Below are positions 25,387 through 38,841 of a stretch of DNA of 64,000 nt, piece after piece. Position 1 is the first letter of the stretch. Every line of letters begins with the position of its first letter. A program made the position numbers and the translations under genes. Below the pieces are notes generated by a model. It made no database searches, had not been told where the DNA came from, and was given only the letters and a program-made list of their open reading frames with translations. This DNA comes from Octopus sinensis (lineage: Eukaryota): contig NC_043005.1 in the NCBI RefSeq assembly GCF_006345805.1, positions 44,144,001 to 44,208,000 of the forward strand, written 5' to 3'.

Positions 25387-25622
25387 ATTATCCCAATTTC
25401 TGTTGCTCTATATTATATATTTTAATAATTACTGATATTTTTATATTTTATATATTATATATGTAAAGCATAATATGTTATACATGTATGTATATTGTTA
25501 TAATTGTCCTTTTAGTAAATATATAAATTGACATAATGTCTAAAAGTTGATGAATACCACCTATTGATCTCCTCCATCTTCTTATTTCTCTCTCTCGCTC
25601 CCCCCTCTCTCTCTCCCTCTCC

Positions 25623-25666
<44 letters not shown>

Positions 25667-27627
25667 GGCGGTGCCCCAGCATGGCCACAGCTCCTGAAAC
25701 TAGAATCAATCAATCAATCATATATATGAAACTATTGGTAGCACTTAAATACATGTATTGTGCTCTTTAAATAAATAATATATATCTCTCACCAGATGGA
25801 GAAATTTATTTTGTTGAATTTTCTATCATGGGACAGTACATTGCATACACATATATCATCACCATCATCATCGTCATTATCCTTTAAGTTTTGTTTACCA
25901 TGCTGGCATGTGTTAGATGGTTTGACAGGAGCTGGCAAAGTGGGGAGCCACACTAGATTCCATTGTCTATTTTGGCATGTCTTCTACAACTCGATCCCCT
26001 TTCTATTGCAGACCACTTTACAGAGTGTACAGGATGCTTTTTACGTGGCACCAGCACTGACAGGGTCACTCAGTACCTTGCAAGCAAAAAAAAAACCTCA
26101 ACTGGGAGTGAGGAGTAGTATGACTTTGTGCCAGTTGAGAGATTTAAGGTATACAGGTGTCTTTTGGGGAAAAGAAGGAGAGTGAGTTAAAGAGTAATAA
26201 ACACACATCCATTTATGTATCATTTTAATGTACACACACTGTCAATAAGCCAGTTACTGCAGTATTTGTCTTGAGATAACGACTCTTATGGACTTACTAT
26301 GTTAAAAATACTATAAATATCATAGGCAGATGAAAATTCATCCCAGCAGCAGCCACTAAAAGCAACAGATGTATTTTAGTGTTTTTGAGACATTTTAATC
26401 ATACATACTTTCAGCAAGATACATGTTCAGAAGTAAAGGAGTGATGCTCTAAAGTGGGAGAAAGTGAATAAATTATTCACTGATATTGTACATAGCCACG
26501 TAGCTGATTAAAAAAATCATCCAGGTGGATGGCTATTCGCAACATCAACAAATGTTTTGAATTCCTATGAATACATTCAGTTTTCTCAGTGGGCTTTCTG
26601 AAGGAACACTATTTGCCACTTCTGTTTTCTTTAGTAAGTCAAATGTGATTAGGTCAGTAGAGATAATAATGTTTAAACCAAACTTTTTGAAGATTCTTAA
26701 GTTCTATCTAAATATATACATATAGTGGTTATTTATATTACCTGAAATTGCCAAGCTGTCATCTCAGTACAAACCTGAGCTAGAGGGGGTTGTATAATCC
26801 CCCATAATCCAATGGGATCTCTGTTCTCAGCTTCATCATAATTTCTCCTGGAAACATCAAAGAAAGGGACACCTCATTTTCCCACTCAGTAGGACTACCT
26901 CATATTCATGAGTATTCTTATGTTGAAGCCTCTAATCTTGGTATATTGCTTCCCAGAATATAGGGCTTTATGAGGGAAGGCTTTTGATAAAATGAGTAAA
27001 GCCCATGATATTAAACTAAGTTTGTAGTTTGCTTTGTTCTCAATACTGTAGTTTTATTGAACCAGTACAGTGAATGATTGGATATAATTGAGTACATCAA
27101 CACGTGCTTACTAACTATACCCATCTTACATTTTGAAGGGTTTATCAGGACTAAAGAGAATTAGATTTGTTTTCCTCAAGGTTAATATTAGTGAAAGTGG
27201 ATTTCATGAGGTGCATGTAGAATATCACTACCCTCACCCCTCACCTCTTAAGAAAAGAGAAAAGTAACTTGGTTTAATTCTCTATTCAATCTAGATGTTT
27301 CCACAAACATGGCTTTGAAATTCCTATCTCTAAGCAGACAGCATGTTTAAGCCCACACAAGTATCATAATTTTTAATGCTCATAATGTTGAAATGACCTA
27401 ATCTTGCCAAGACAATATTGCATGCTGCAAAAGGAAATAGCAAAAAACACATATCTCCACTACTTTTATCCTAACCACTCATATCCAATTGCTGAAATCA
27501 AAATACTTGCCTAATGAAAGGATTGTGCCTTTCCAGGACAGTAATTATAGTGACTCTCACTTCACCTGATGGTTTTCCAAAGTATAACACAGGACTTGCA
27601 GCTGATTTCAAGGGAGGGTTTACTCAC

Positions 27628-27720
27628 CATATGCATTCCTCTAGGATCAGAATCAGGAGAATTCTTCTTCTCTGTTGTAGTTTATCTGTTGATTCTGTGA
27701 ATCACACTGTTCAACAGAAC
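27628..27720 (-). other. Candidate non-coding exon (93 nt)
   Basis: Acceptor ctgaccttcag|G and consensus donor ATG|GTGAGT; stops in all three frames. Confidence 0.35.
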
Positions 27721-28213
27721 CTGAAGGTCAGTTTCTTTAGAGATAAATCTGAATGTTGTGCTCTATGCAGTCGTGTACTGAGCCAAAAATGACAGATAAG
27801 TTTTCTTGATAAACAGAAGTAATGCTTAATGAAGAATGTGTTTGACCAACTTTAAAATACTAGTTTAACCGTTTAACCATTTTGTAAATCTTTACCCCAG
27901 CTTTCCTAAGCATGAGAGCTGAACTCTCTTACTACTGCCAACAATGAAAATAATTCCAAGTTATTATCAATTAATAATTTCTCTCCTCACTTTTTTCCAC
28001 ACATCAAAAGCATAGAATGTGTTTAGAATTTTATTTCACACATGATGAGGCCTTATGATATCTAGAATTTATTTCACTTCTTCTGATTTACTATGCTTTG
28101 TGCATAATACATCTATCTGTCTGTCTGTCTATATAATTGTAACTACTATACATGGACTGTTGCTGTTTTTTTTTCCTCCTTCTTCCTTTTCTTTTGGACT
28201 TTGCTATGTTTCC

Positions 28214-28250
28214 TGTTTCTGATGAAGAGCTTTGCTCGAAACGTAAAACA
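28214..28250 (+). ncRNA. Minimal type I hammerhead ribozyme motif (family H1) in element 28140-28355
   Basis: tgttt-CTGATGA-A-GAGC-ttt-GCTC-GAAAC-GTA-aaaca; 5-bp stem I; predicted cleavage after GUA. Confidence 0.75.
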
Positions 28251-29473
28251 ACCACTCTTTCTTTCCTTCTCTGACCTCTTATTAATACTTTGCCTGTACC
28301 ACATCTTTGTTGTTGTTGTTTTTTGTCTTGTCTTTTTTTATCATTTTTTTATTAATTATATATATATATATGTACGTATATTGTTGCGAATTGAAGTAAG
28401 GAAGACTGTAAAGAGAAGCAGATTTGATTATAAGCCATTAAATTTTGCAGCTGGAAATGCATCAGTCTTTTAAACTCCAGATGTATTTCAAACTTATTAT
28501 TACTGTTCTTTTATCTTCATGTCTGAATATGCTAGTATGCTGATTATATCTGGATTTGAATAAATTGTTGGTAAGGCCTATATAGAATTTTGTGTCACTT
28601 TTATCATCTGTAGAAATCTTGGTACAGTAAATGAAACTTTTCAGAATGCATCCATCTTATGGAGAGCCTGTACTCTTGTTAAGGATGATGCACTAAGGTG
28701 AGGAATCATTTGGTTGAGAGGGACCCAATTTCTTCCTATCAATTGAAACTAAAAAAGAGGTGCAGCTGTAACTTACATATCCATGTGGCCATAACTTACA
28801 ACTACATGTATACACGCAGCTATAACTTATGTTGAAGTTATATCTGTTGAAAATTTTGTGCCACTACTGGTTGCTAGGGAAGTGTTTACTGACTAAATTT
28901 AGGAAGAAACTGACAATCTCATTTGTTACAAACTGAAAGTGGGTTATACCATACAGTCTTCCATTTCCTGGTGCTTCTAGCATTAAGAGCTCCTTTCAGA
29001 GAGATGTATTCCATTCAAGCCTCTTCTGCCCAGGGATTCACTATAAAATATAGCAGCATGATTAAAAACGTCCTCATTAGATGGTATTTTAGAAGTCCTT
29101 TTACTAATTGCTTCTGGGTTGACATTTACAGAATATTATGCTGGAGGTCAGATTTTGATTTTCTATAGGAGGTGCAAATGCATAAAGTTAGATACACAGC
29201 AATATCTAAAAAATTTACCAAGTTAGTATTAGTACTCAGTAACCCTGTGGTCAAAGTTCCAGAAAGTATTAATTAAATCTTTTCTAATGTCTAATTAAAG
29301 TCTGTTTTATTATCTGCAAATATTAAACCATCATCTCTATACAATCCTAATTATATAAAACTGACTCTAGATAGCTGGTTGTCAAAAATAAATAACCCTA
29401 TGAGATTGCAGATTTTGGCTCTCCCATAGTCCTCAGCCACTATGCCTCACCTGGAAACCATCATCAAAATATA

Positions 29474-29706
29474 CAGGGTGTTCAAAAAGTCTCTCTGCAG
29501 TGAATTTTTTTCTCCAAGATGTATTTCAAAATGTGTAGAAGAATCAATTTATGCACTGAAAATGAAGGACAATACTTTCAACACTTCTTATAAAGTTTTT
29601 TAAAGTCTTGTAAAGTCTAATATATTCTTTTGTAGTCTTTTACCATCTTATAAATATTCATTTTCCTATAAAAAACTTACTGCAGAGACACTTTTTGAAC
29701 ACCCTG
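29474..29706. mobile_element. Tc1/mariner-type MITE
   Basis: TA|cagggtgttcaaaaagtctctctgcagt .. actgcagagacactttttgaacaccctg|TA. Confidence 0.9.
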
Positions 29707-29765
29707 TAGAAGGGAGGTTTGGTGTATATAACGAATTTCATCTTTAGGTATGTGGTACTATCATA

Positions 29766-31036
29766 CAAGGCTTGACTGAAAAGTTCATAGGCTGACTTTG
29801 AAGGAGTAATGCTAGAGCTGTAAAATCTTACATGCATTCATTTCAACACCTTCACTAATAACTGAATTGTTTCTTTCCAGGTAAACAGACATTTGACTGT
29901 TCAAAGAAGACTTCAAAAGTAACTAGTAGCGACTTCTCTTGAAAATGGACAAAATTTAGTACCATGAAGTAATCAAGAACCTGCAGAAAAAGGGTTTATC
30001 TACCAAGGGCATTAATGCTCACATGGTTGCTACTTTGGAGGATGGTGCTCCAGATTTATCAACAGTGCAAAAGTGGACAGCTGGATTTAGGAAAAGAAGA
30101 GATAGTCTTGAAGATGATCCAAGGTCTGGACATCCTGCAACTGCCACCATTGAGGAAAACATTGTGTTCAAAACATGGTGTTGAATGACAGGTCACTGAC
30201 TATAAATCAAATAGCCAATGCTATTAATATATCCCATGAGAGAGTTCAGAATATTCTATACAATGAAGGTTTCTGCTTGGTGAGTGTCAGGTCTTCTGAA
30301 ACCTGGTCTAAAGCACCCCAGGCTGATCACAGCCTGGGAAAATCTGACATTATTTCAGGCAAATCTAGCTGATTTGCTTGAACATTTCCTAATCCAGGAT
30401 GAGTGTTGGTTTCATCACTTTGAGCCAGGAACAAAGAGACAATCCATGCAGTAGAAACACCCCTCATCACCTGCTCCAAAGAAGAAGGTCATTTCATCTG
30501 CAAGGAAGATGATGACCCCAGTTTTTTGGGATGTAAGAGATATTGTGCTCATTGACTATCTTCAAAAGGGCCACACCATCAATGGAAAGTACTATGCCAA
30601 CTTGCAGAGATAGTTAGAAAAGGCTATCATGACCAAGTGCCCAGGAAAACTGACAAAAAGGGTTGTTTCATCAGGACACTGCTCCAGCACACAAGTCCCT
30701 GCTTTCAATGGAAGCTGTGCATGACTGTGGCTTTGAACTGGTTGATCACCCTTCCTATTCTCATGATTTGACCCCATTTGACTATCATCTGTACCCCAAT
30801 ATGAAAAAAACACTTGGTTGGGAACCAGTATCACAGAGTTGATGATGTCATATTTGTGGTTGATGACTTGTTTTGAACAAGTGGATGAAAGCTTCTTCAC
30901 CAATGGAATCTAAGCATTGCAATACCAATGAAAGAGTGTTGTACTGCAAGGGGGTCTATATTGAGAAATAAACCTAATTTGGTCACATTCTACGAACGTA
31001 TATACTTTAGCTTATAAACTTCTCAATTGACCCTCA
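29766..31036 (+). mobile_element. Full-length decayed mariner (irritans-like) transposase pseudogene
   Basis: ~1.27 kb with degenerate TIRs and TA flanks; MDKI*YHEVIK..TVQKW..SLEDDPRSGHP, QDECWFHHFEPGTKRQSMQ, KMMTPVFWD..IDYLQKGHTINGKYYANL, DHPSYSHDLTPFDYHL. Confidence 0.9.
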
Positions 31037-31451
31037 TATCTGTGGGGAAAATATAAAGCTTTCATTAAAATGCTTTACATTACAGAAGGATAAAACATAA
31101 TGATGTCACATTGAGGAAATGTTCAGTCAAATTTGTCTTATAACTTATCAGTCCAATCTATCTTTGGAAATATTCTTCCAAAGGTGGAAGGTAGTAGATT
31201 GCATAATTCTGTCATTAATTTTATCATAGTTAATCTAATTCATTTATAGTTGGGTTAATAAGCCTGCATTTAGAGGCAGCTAAACAATTGGGTTTATATT
31301 CTTTTAAAGTGATACAGGGGTATCTAAAGAGTGGAGCATTCAACTCTGCCATCAATTTTGATTCTGATGCTAATTGCTTTGCATCCTTATTTAAATTGTA
31401 GTACACATTACAGTTAGGTTTCTTTTATATATAAGTTTTTGTAATATTACC

Positions 31452-31662
31452 AGAGGGGACTGGAAGTATCCAAAATAGTTTTGTGGAACCCACTTCATGG
31501 TGATGTAAGAAGAGAACATCATCACACTTGCATCAACAACTTAATTGCAGACACTGGCTTGGAATGTATCCAGAACCTCAAGGCAGTGATGATGGACTGA
31601 GAAGAGTGGCGCGTGGACTTTGTGGTTGCAGCCTAGGTTGGAACCTGGCCATGATAATAAAT
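31452..31662 (+). mobile_element. RTE/RTE-X LINE 3' fragment inserted in the PLE
   Basis: KIVLWNPLHG..CINNLIADTGL..NLKAVMMD*EEWR followed by a tgataataa tail. Confidence 0.6.
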
Positions 31663-32155
31663 AATACTAGAGAACAGTTAATTTTGCAGAACTTCCTTAA
31701 CCTCATAAATATTTTTGTTCTGTATGAGGTTACATGCAATTTATCAGTTATAGAAATGCATCAGAAAACTTCATAAGAATCTTTCTGAAAGTGTTAGATA
31801 ATAATTTAAATCTTATTTTCTTTCTCAGAATTAGTAAATTATGTTTGAAGGCCTTCAATGCCTTAATCTGTGATAAGCAAAACTGATTTTACCACCAGAA
31901 AAATCTTCATAGTATGCTTTTTGGATGAACTATGCCTTCTAGCAAATCTGTTTGATGAGATGCTTGCATATTTTCAATGAGCTTCTTCAAATATACATTT
32001 CTTAAGGGTATTAAGATATTCTTCATAGAATATCGGTTAAGATATTGCTCCATACCAGCTCAGAGTGTCTGAATTTGTAAATAAAACTCATCAATTAAGG
32101 AGAAGTAAAAATGTCTAGACATACAAACAAGATAAATGGAATTTAAAATATCAAT

Positions 32156-32195
<40 letters not shown>

Positions 32196-32330
32196 CGATG
32201 ATGGTGATGATTTGTATCATATCTAACTGGAAGAAGTTACTAAATCACTCAAGGGATGATTAAAAATAATAGAAAAATATATACACTCTCATATACACTC
32301 ATGTTTATCCTGCATAGACTACTAAACCTA

Positions 32331-32361
<31 letters not shown>

Positions 32362-32366
32362 CAAGT

Positions 32367-32465
32367 TAAGACCCTGAAGAAGTTGCACCATTTTATTTGT
32401 AATTACATTTTAGTTGTAATTGCAACGATTGCTAATCAGTGCAATTAAAACATGTCTTGGTCTTA
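32367..32465 (+). ncRNA. Degenerate type I hammerhead motif (G12 to A)
   Basis: taagacc-CTGAAGA-AGTTGCAC..GTGCAATT-AAAAC-AT-GTC-tt-ggtctta. Confidence 0.55.
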
Positions 32466-32769
32466 CAAGGCAGTATGTAATTATAGAATTAAAGGTAATG
32501 CTCTTGCTACTTTGGAGTAATCCTTATTTTAAATATATACACACACACACGTTTCTATGGTTGGATGACCTTCCTAATACCGTATGTGTGTGTGTGTATA
32601 CATCACAACTGTCCGACAAACAGGAACATGAAACTCTGTTACTCAGAGTTTCATGAGATAATTTTGCAGCTTTAATAAAATGTAATATTACTCTACCTTC
32701 GCTATTCAAGTACTATTTTTCTCACCTTGTTTAGCACTTATGTGCTCACCCCTGTGTGTGTATATATTT

Positions 32770-32800
<31 letters not shown>

Positions 32801-33253
32801 AACATATATACACATACATGTATGCATGTATCTATTCATCATTCATTTCCTGCCCATTTTTTCCATGCTTGCAGAGGTTAGATGAATACCTTATTGAAGT
32901 ACTGCTTTTAGAGCCAGTTGTTTTCCAAGTAAGATCACTTTTATTTGCAGAAACAAAGCAAGCAGGTGATCTCTTGACAGAACTTACAACAAACACAACA
33001 ACAACAATAACAACATTATACATTACAACTTTTGTACAAGCAATTACAGATATAAAGAAACACACAGAAACATGCGCCACACACATTCTAACATACACAC
33101 ACATGTCCACAATGGTCTTCTATAAGTTTCCATCTATGAAATCTACTTACAAAAAAGCTTGGTCAATCAGGGGCTATAGTAAAAGACATTTACTCAAGAT
33201 ACTACGCAATGGGATTAAAACCAAAATGACAAAATCATCCAACTGGGACTAAG

Positions 33254-33308
<55 letters not shown>

Positions 33309-34242
33309 TATACGTTATGTATATATATACATATATATGCGGAGTGGTTGGCGTTAGGAAGGGCATCCAGCTGTAGAAACACTGCCAGATCAGACTGGAG
33401 CTTGGTGCAGCCCCTGGCTTCCCAGACCCCGGTCGAACCGTCCAACCTGTGCTAGCGCGGAAAACAGACGTTAAACGATGATGATGATGATGATATATAT
33501 ACATATATATATATATATACATATATATGTACATATATATATATATATACATGTATAAATACATACATACATGCATGCACACATACGTACATGGATACAC
33601 ACACACTCATATATATATATCATCATTTAACATCCATACTGGCATAGGTTGCATGGTTTGACAGGATCTGGTGGATCTTAGAACTGCATCATGCTCCAGT
33701 GTAATCTTTAGTATGATTTCTATTACTGGATGTCCTTCCTAATGCTAACCACTTAACATTATTTAGTGGGTGCTTTTTTGTCTCACCAACACATCCGTCT
33801 AAGAATCATACTGTATATACAACCTTGACAGGTAAGCTACTGTGGTTTTGGTACATAACAAAACCTCTTACAGTTGTGTTGCATTTGAAAAAGCATTAAA
33901 CATTGGAGGAAGACAAAAATCGTCCCAGTAACTTAGAACACCAGATGCATTTCAGCATTTTTTAACCTTGTCAATAAGCTATACGTTCAGCCTAAATAAG
34001 GTTTACTGCTTCTCATACAGGAAATGGTGGATAATACCTTTGCTGGCATTACAAAAAGTGGCCAGGTTTAATAAAGAACAGATTGTATGCAACTGAAACA
34101 ATATTAAATTAAAATTAACCTCTATGTATCATACTTAATACACATAGTTTGGCAGGTAAATTACTGAAGTTTTCATATGAGATGAAAAAATTTCTGGACA
34201 CCTGCTGCACTTAAAAACAATATACATTGGAGCATCAAAAAA

Positions 34243-34288
<46 letters not shown>

Positions 34289-34358
34289 CACACATACATA
34301 TATACACCACAGGACAAAATGGAATAAGCAAGACAAAAGAAAACATATGAGACAGAGA

Positions 34359-34401
34359 GTCACTGATGAGGTCACAGAACGTGTGATGAAAGAACTTTGA
34401 C
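34359..34401 (+). ncRNA. Type I hammerhead-like motif (separate family)
   Basis: gtca-CTGATGA-G-GTCACA-gaacg-TGTGAT-GAAAG-aa-CTT-tgac; stem I gtca/tgac; predicted CUU site. Confidence 0.6.
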
Positions 34402-34487
34402 AATCATATAAACTGTCCTCCAAATAAATAGTGTCCTCCAAAACAATCATCTCTAGGTATAACAATACATATATATATATACATATG

Positions 34488-34742
34488 TGGAGGTGCGTGG
34501 CTTAGTGGTTAGGGTGTCAGCACCATGATCGTAAGATTGTGGTTTTGATTCCTGGACTGGGCGACGCATTGATTTCTTGAGCAAAACACTTCATTTCACA
34601 TTGCTCCAGATCACTCAGCTGGCAAAAATGAGTAACGTTGCGATGGACTGGCGTCCCATCCAGCTGGGGAACACATATGCCATAGAAACCAGGAAACCAG
34701 GCCCATGAGCCTGGCTAGGCTTTAAAAGGGCGCATTTATTTA
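34488..34742 (+). mobile_element. tRNA-head SINE family C
   Basis: tggcttagtggttagg..ggttttgattcc head, then cacttcatttcacattgctccagatcactcagctg..gcgatggactggcgtcccatccag; related minus-strand copy at 56745-57075. Confidence 0.8.
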
Positions 34743-34766
34743 TTATATTCATATATACATATATAC

Positions 34767-34812
<46 letters not shown>

Positions 34813-35423
34813 GCATACATACACACACACACACCTCTCTTTCTCTATCCTTCTCTATATACAGATACACATATACCAACATACACACATACATACAAAT
34901 GTTGGCAATAGGAAAGATATTTGCCCCTAAAATTCTCCCTCAAATATAGCTGTCCAATATACTGGTCATATGGGAAATGTAAAACACTCATGCGCATGTT
35001 GATGATGATGATCATGATATATAGATGTGTGCATATGTGTGTATGTATGTGTGTGTGTGTGCATGTGTATTAGTGAAAGATGCATGCATCACTGAGAAAA
35101 TTGCTAATAAACTGGTGAGTCAAACAAAAATAATTTGAAGTCTAAGCAGATTGAAATCATTTGAATGACAAGTCAGGTAGTACAGATCAATAATAACATT
35201 ATCTCTTTTGATTACATAATAGTATATTTCTAATGTTTATCAGCAAAGCTCATATGATTTGAATCTTATTTATTTGTTACTGCAAACCGTTTAACTGATT
35301 ATACACACATGGGCAGCATGTAGCATTATATAACCATTTCCAAAGAAAAGAACTGAAGACAATTAAAATAAACAACATACAAATAAAAGATAAAAAAAAA
35401 ACAAACAACTTAATAAAGCTTAC

Positions 35424-35780
35424 TTTAAATAGGAATTATTCTTGTTGTTGATGAAGATGTTGTGTGTCTTGTTTATACAGTTTAGACTTTTAAGCTTATC
35501 AATCAAATTATCTTTTCTCAACAGTTTATGTGAGAGGCTTTCATAGATTAAACCTTCAATTATGGATTCACCTAGCTTTTTAAACTATCAATAGTTTGAG
35601 CCGCTTAAATCAATAACTTTTAGCTCATGTTTAACTCAGATTATAGGTAATAGGGATATAATTCAATATATTTGATATAAATTGTTTTCTCAATGATTTT
35701 CGTTTTGCTAACACGGAGGAAGAGAACGTTAAGACCACAACAAAGTCGGCATGATATTCTAAATGTGAATGCGCATGCAT
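35424..35780 (-). promoter_or_regulatory. Candidate promoter and first exon of a minus-strand gene
   Basis: Unique sequence with locally retained CpGs (35600-35880), upstream CT-rich tract, donor AAA|GTAAGC at 35423. Confidence 0.35.
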
Positions 35781-36156
35781 GTGTGTGCATATAAATGTGT
35801 TTGTGAATGTAAGAAGCAATTATAAAGAGAGAAATACAATGAATATAATCAAAGGAGATAGAGAGAGAAGGGAGACGGAGAATAAGAGAGCAAGAATGAG
35901 AGAGAGAGAGTGAGAGAAACAGAGAGAGAGTGAGTCAGTGACAGTGTCTGTGCAGGATTAAAATGACCAAAAAGAAAACTCAAATGTCTGTAATCCTGTG
36001 TATTAACTCCAGAATATTCTTGCTTCTCCAAAGATTTAGAGAAATCACCACATAAAACGCAGTAAATATATGAAATATGTAAAATGCATTGAAGAATATT
36101 CCATTGCAGGAATATAAATAAATATAAATACTTGACAAAGTGTGGTAACCACTGAT

Positions 36157-36162
36157 TTTATT
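36157..36162 (-). terminator. Candidate poly(A) signal
   Basis: AATAAA followed about 25 nt later by a U-rich tract; fits the terminal exon starting at 38893. Confidence 0.3.
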
Positions 36163-36300
36163 GCAATAATCCATACAACAAAACTGAAGCAAAAAAGTAT
36201 ATATATATGTGTGTAAGTGAATATGTGTCTATGTATACATATACATTTATATTTATATATATAATATTGTGTGTGCAAATATATATATATATATATGATG

Positions 36301-36348
<48 letters not shown>

Positions 36349-36914
36349 GTATATATATATGTATATATATATATATGTATATTATATATATATGTATATA
36401 TATGTGTATATATATATATATAATGTGTATATATATATATATATAATGTGTATATATATATAATGTGTATATATATTTATATATATATAATGTATATATA
36501 TATATATATATGGTATATGCACACACATACTCACACACGGTATTTTACAATTTAATGTTTAACTGAGAAGTTCCAATGATAATATTTTGTGTAATCACCT
36601 TTTAGTTTTAAGAACTCTGAGAAAAGTTTCTAATAATCTGAGTGATGTTTGTACAAATATTAGAACATCTCTAATAACAGTAACACATGCATGCTTCAAA
36701 GCATTGTCTAAATTGGTCACAGGGGAGAGGAGAGCTTATATGAATTGCAATGAGGAATGGAAGAGGCAATGTGCCGAGAGGTAATCCTGCAGAAAATGGA
36801 AACCTCATGTATACCACAGGAGAAACGTCTATATGTTTGTGATATTTGGGTGAATATGTACATTTTTAGATAGATGAAAGAAGTATTTTCCTATGGCAGT
36901 ACAGACGCACACAC

Positions 36915-36948
36915 ATATATATATATACACACACAAACATATACATAG

Positions 36949-37042
<94 letters not shown>

Positions 37043-37117
37043 TATATATATATTATAATATTATATATATATATGGTATATATATATATAGATATATATA
37101 TATGTATTATATATATA

Positions 37118-37208
<91 letters not shown>

Positions 37209-37305
37209 TATATATATGTATATATATCTATATATAATATATATATAATATATATATATATATATGTATATAATATATATATATGTATATATATATATAT
37301 GTATG

Positions 37306-37339
<34 letters not shown>

Positions 37340-37382
37340 ATATATATATAGATATATAATATGTATATAATATATATATATG

Positions 37383-37416
<34 letters not shown>

Positions 37417-37450
37417 ATATTATATATATAATATATATATATAATATAGA

Positions 37451-37514
<64 letters not shown>

Positions 37515-37565
37515 TATATATATTGTATATATATATATAATATAATGTATATATATATAATATAA

Positions 37566-37636
<71 letters not shown>

Positions 37637-37826
37637 TATATATATAATATATATTATATATATATATATATATATGTATAATATATATATAATATATGTA
37701 TATATGTATATATATATATATAATATATATATATGTATATATATATATATTATGTATATATATATATATTATATATATGTATATATATATATATATATAT
37801 ATTATATATGTATATATATATATATA

Positions 37827-37886
<60 letters not shown>

Positions 37887-37994
37887 GTGTATATGTATAT
37901 ATATATATGTATATATATATGTATATATATATGTATATATATATATATGTATATATATGTATATATATTATATGTATATATATATGTGTATATA

Positions 37995-38061
<67 letters not shown>

Positions 38062-38133
38062 ATATATATATATGTATATATATTATGTATATATATATAT
38101 ATGTATATATATATATGTTATATATATATAATG

Positions 38134-38186
<53 letters not shown>

Positions 38187-38238
38187 CTGTATATATATAT
38201 ATTGTATATATATATATGTATATATATATAATATATAC

Positions 38239-38270
<32 letters not shown>

Positions 38271-38272
38271 GT

Positions 38273-38303
<31 letters not shown>

Positions 38304-38353
38304 TATATATTATATATATATATGTATATATAATATATATATATATTATATAT

Positions 38354-38384
<31 letters not shown>

Positions 38385-38400
38385 CACACACACACACACA
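36915..38400. repeat. ~1.5-kb interrupted (TA)n array (shorter array at 36270-36515)
   Basis: Almost exclusively alternating T/A with sporadic G and phase slips. Confidence 0.95.
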
Positions 38401-38841
38401 TTCATAAGTATCCATACATACATATATATATTTGTATGAGTGTGTGCATGCGTGCGTGTGTGTGTGTATGTATGTATATATAAAGCTTTGAATCCAGATA
38501 TGGGATGTCTTTGTTTAAAGCTGACGTATATAAATGGTTGGGTCCACTACAAAGTGCACTAATGGAAGGAGAATCTAAAAGTTACCCAAAACTATGCGTG
38601 TGTTCTTGGAGCATATGATTCTCTTAAGAGAGTGATTTCAATATTTTTGAAGCTTTATATATCTAAAACAACATATGTGTATGCATGGTAGATAGAAAAT
38701 CTTTGACAATGATATCAATGGTTGATGTTCGTGTATGAATAATAATAAGCTAATGGTTGGTACAAGAGGAAAATAAAAGTTAAAGTGTCCTCAGCATAAT
38801 GAAGCAGTTTTCTTTTCAATGGATTGTTAATGTAAGCATTT

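Larger units (their letters stand above)
28375..32050 (-). mobile_element. Near full-length decayed Penelope-like retroelement (RT + GIY-YIG) with nested insertions
   Basis: Collinear motifs on the minus strand: YSMKNILIP..YLKKLIE (~32030), NITKTY, CITLKEYKPN..KCRLINP (~31280), CDIIMFYPS (~31095), AKICNLIGLFI and GLYRDDGL (~29335), VNFLDI, WYNP, KHFP..HKIFNR..ISYSC (~28840), FIYC..FYIGLTNNLFKSRYNQH..FRHE (~28580). Confidence 0.9.

Noticed and set aside
34488-34562. tRNA gene (also SINE heads at 5258, 12225, 23615)
   Set aside because: A and B boxes continue into multi-copy SINE bodies; no complete cloverleaf.
36587-36784. 65-aa plus-strand ORF between TA arrays with a possible donor
   Set aside because: No recognisable protein and no supporting plus-strand exons; equally explained as antisense of a 3'UTR.
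36158-38439. Long Tyr/Ile-rich ORFs (up to 188 aa)
   Set aside because: Translation of (TA)n arrays; the same applies to ORFs near 6.0-6.4, 16.8-17.2, 33.2-33.6 and 47.5 kb.
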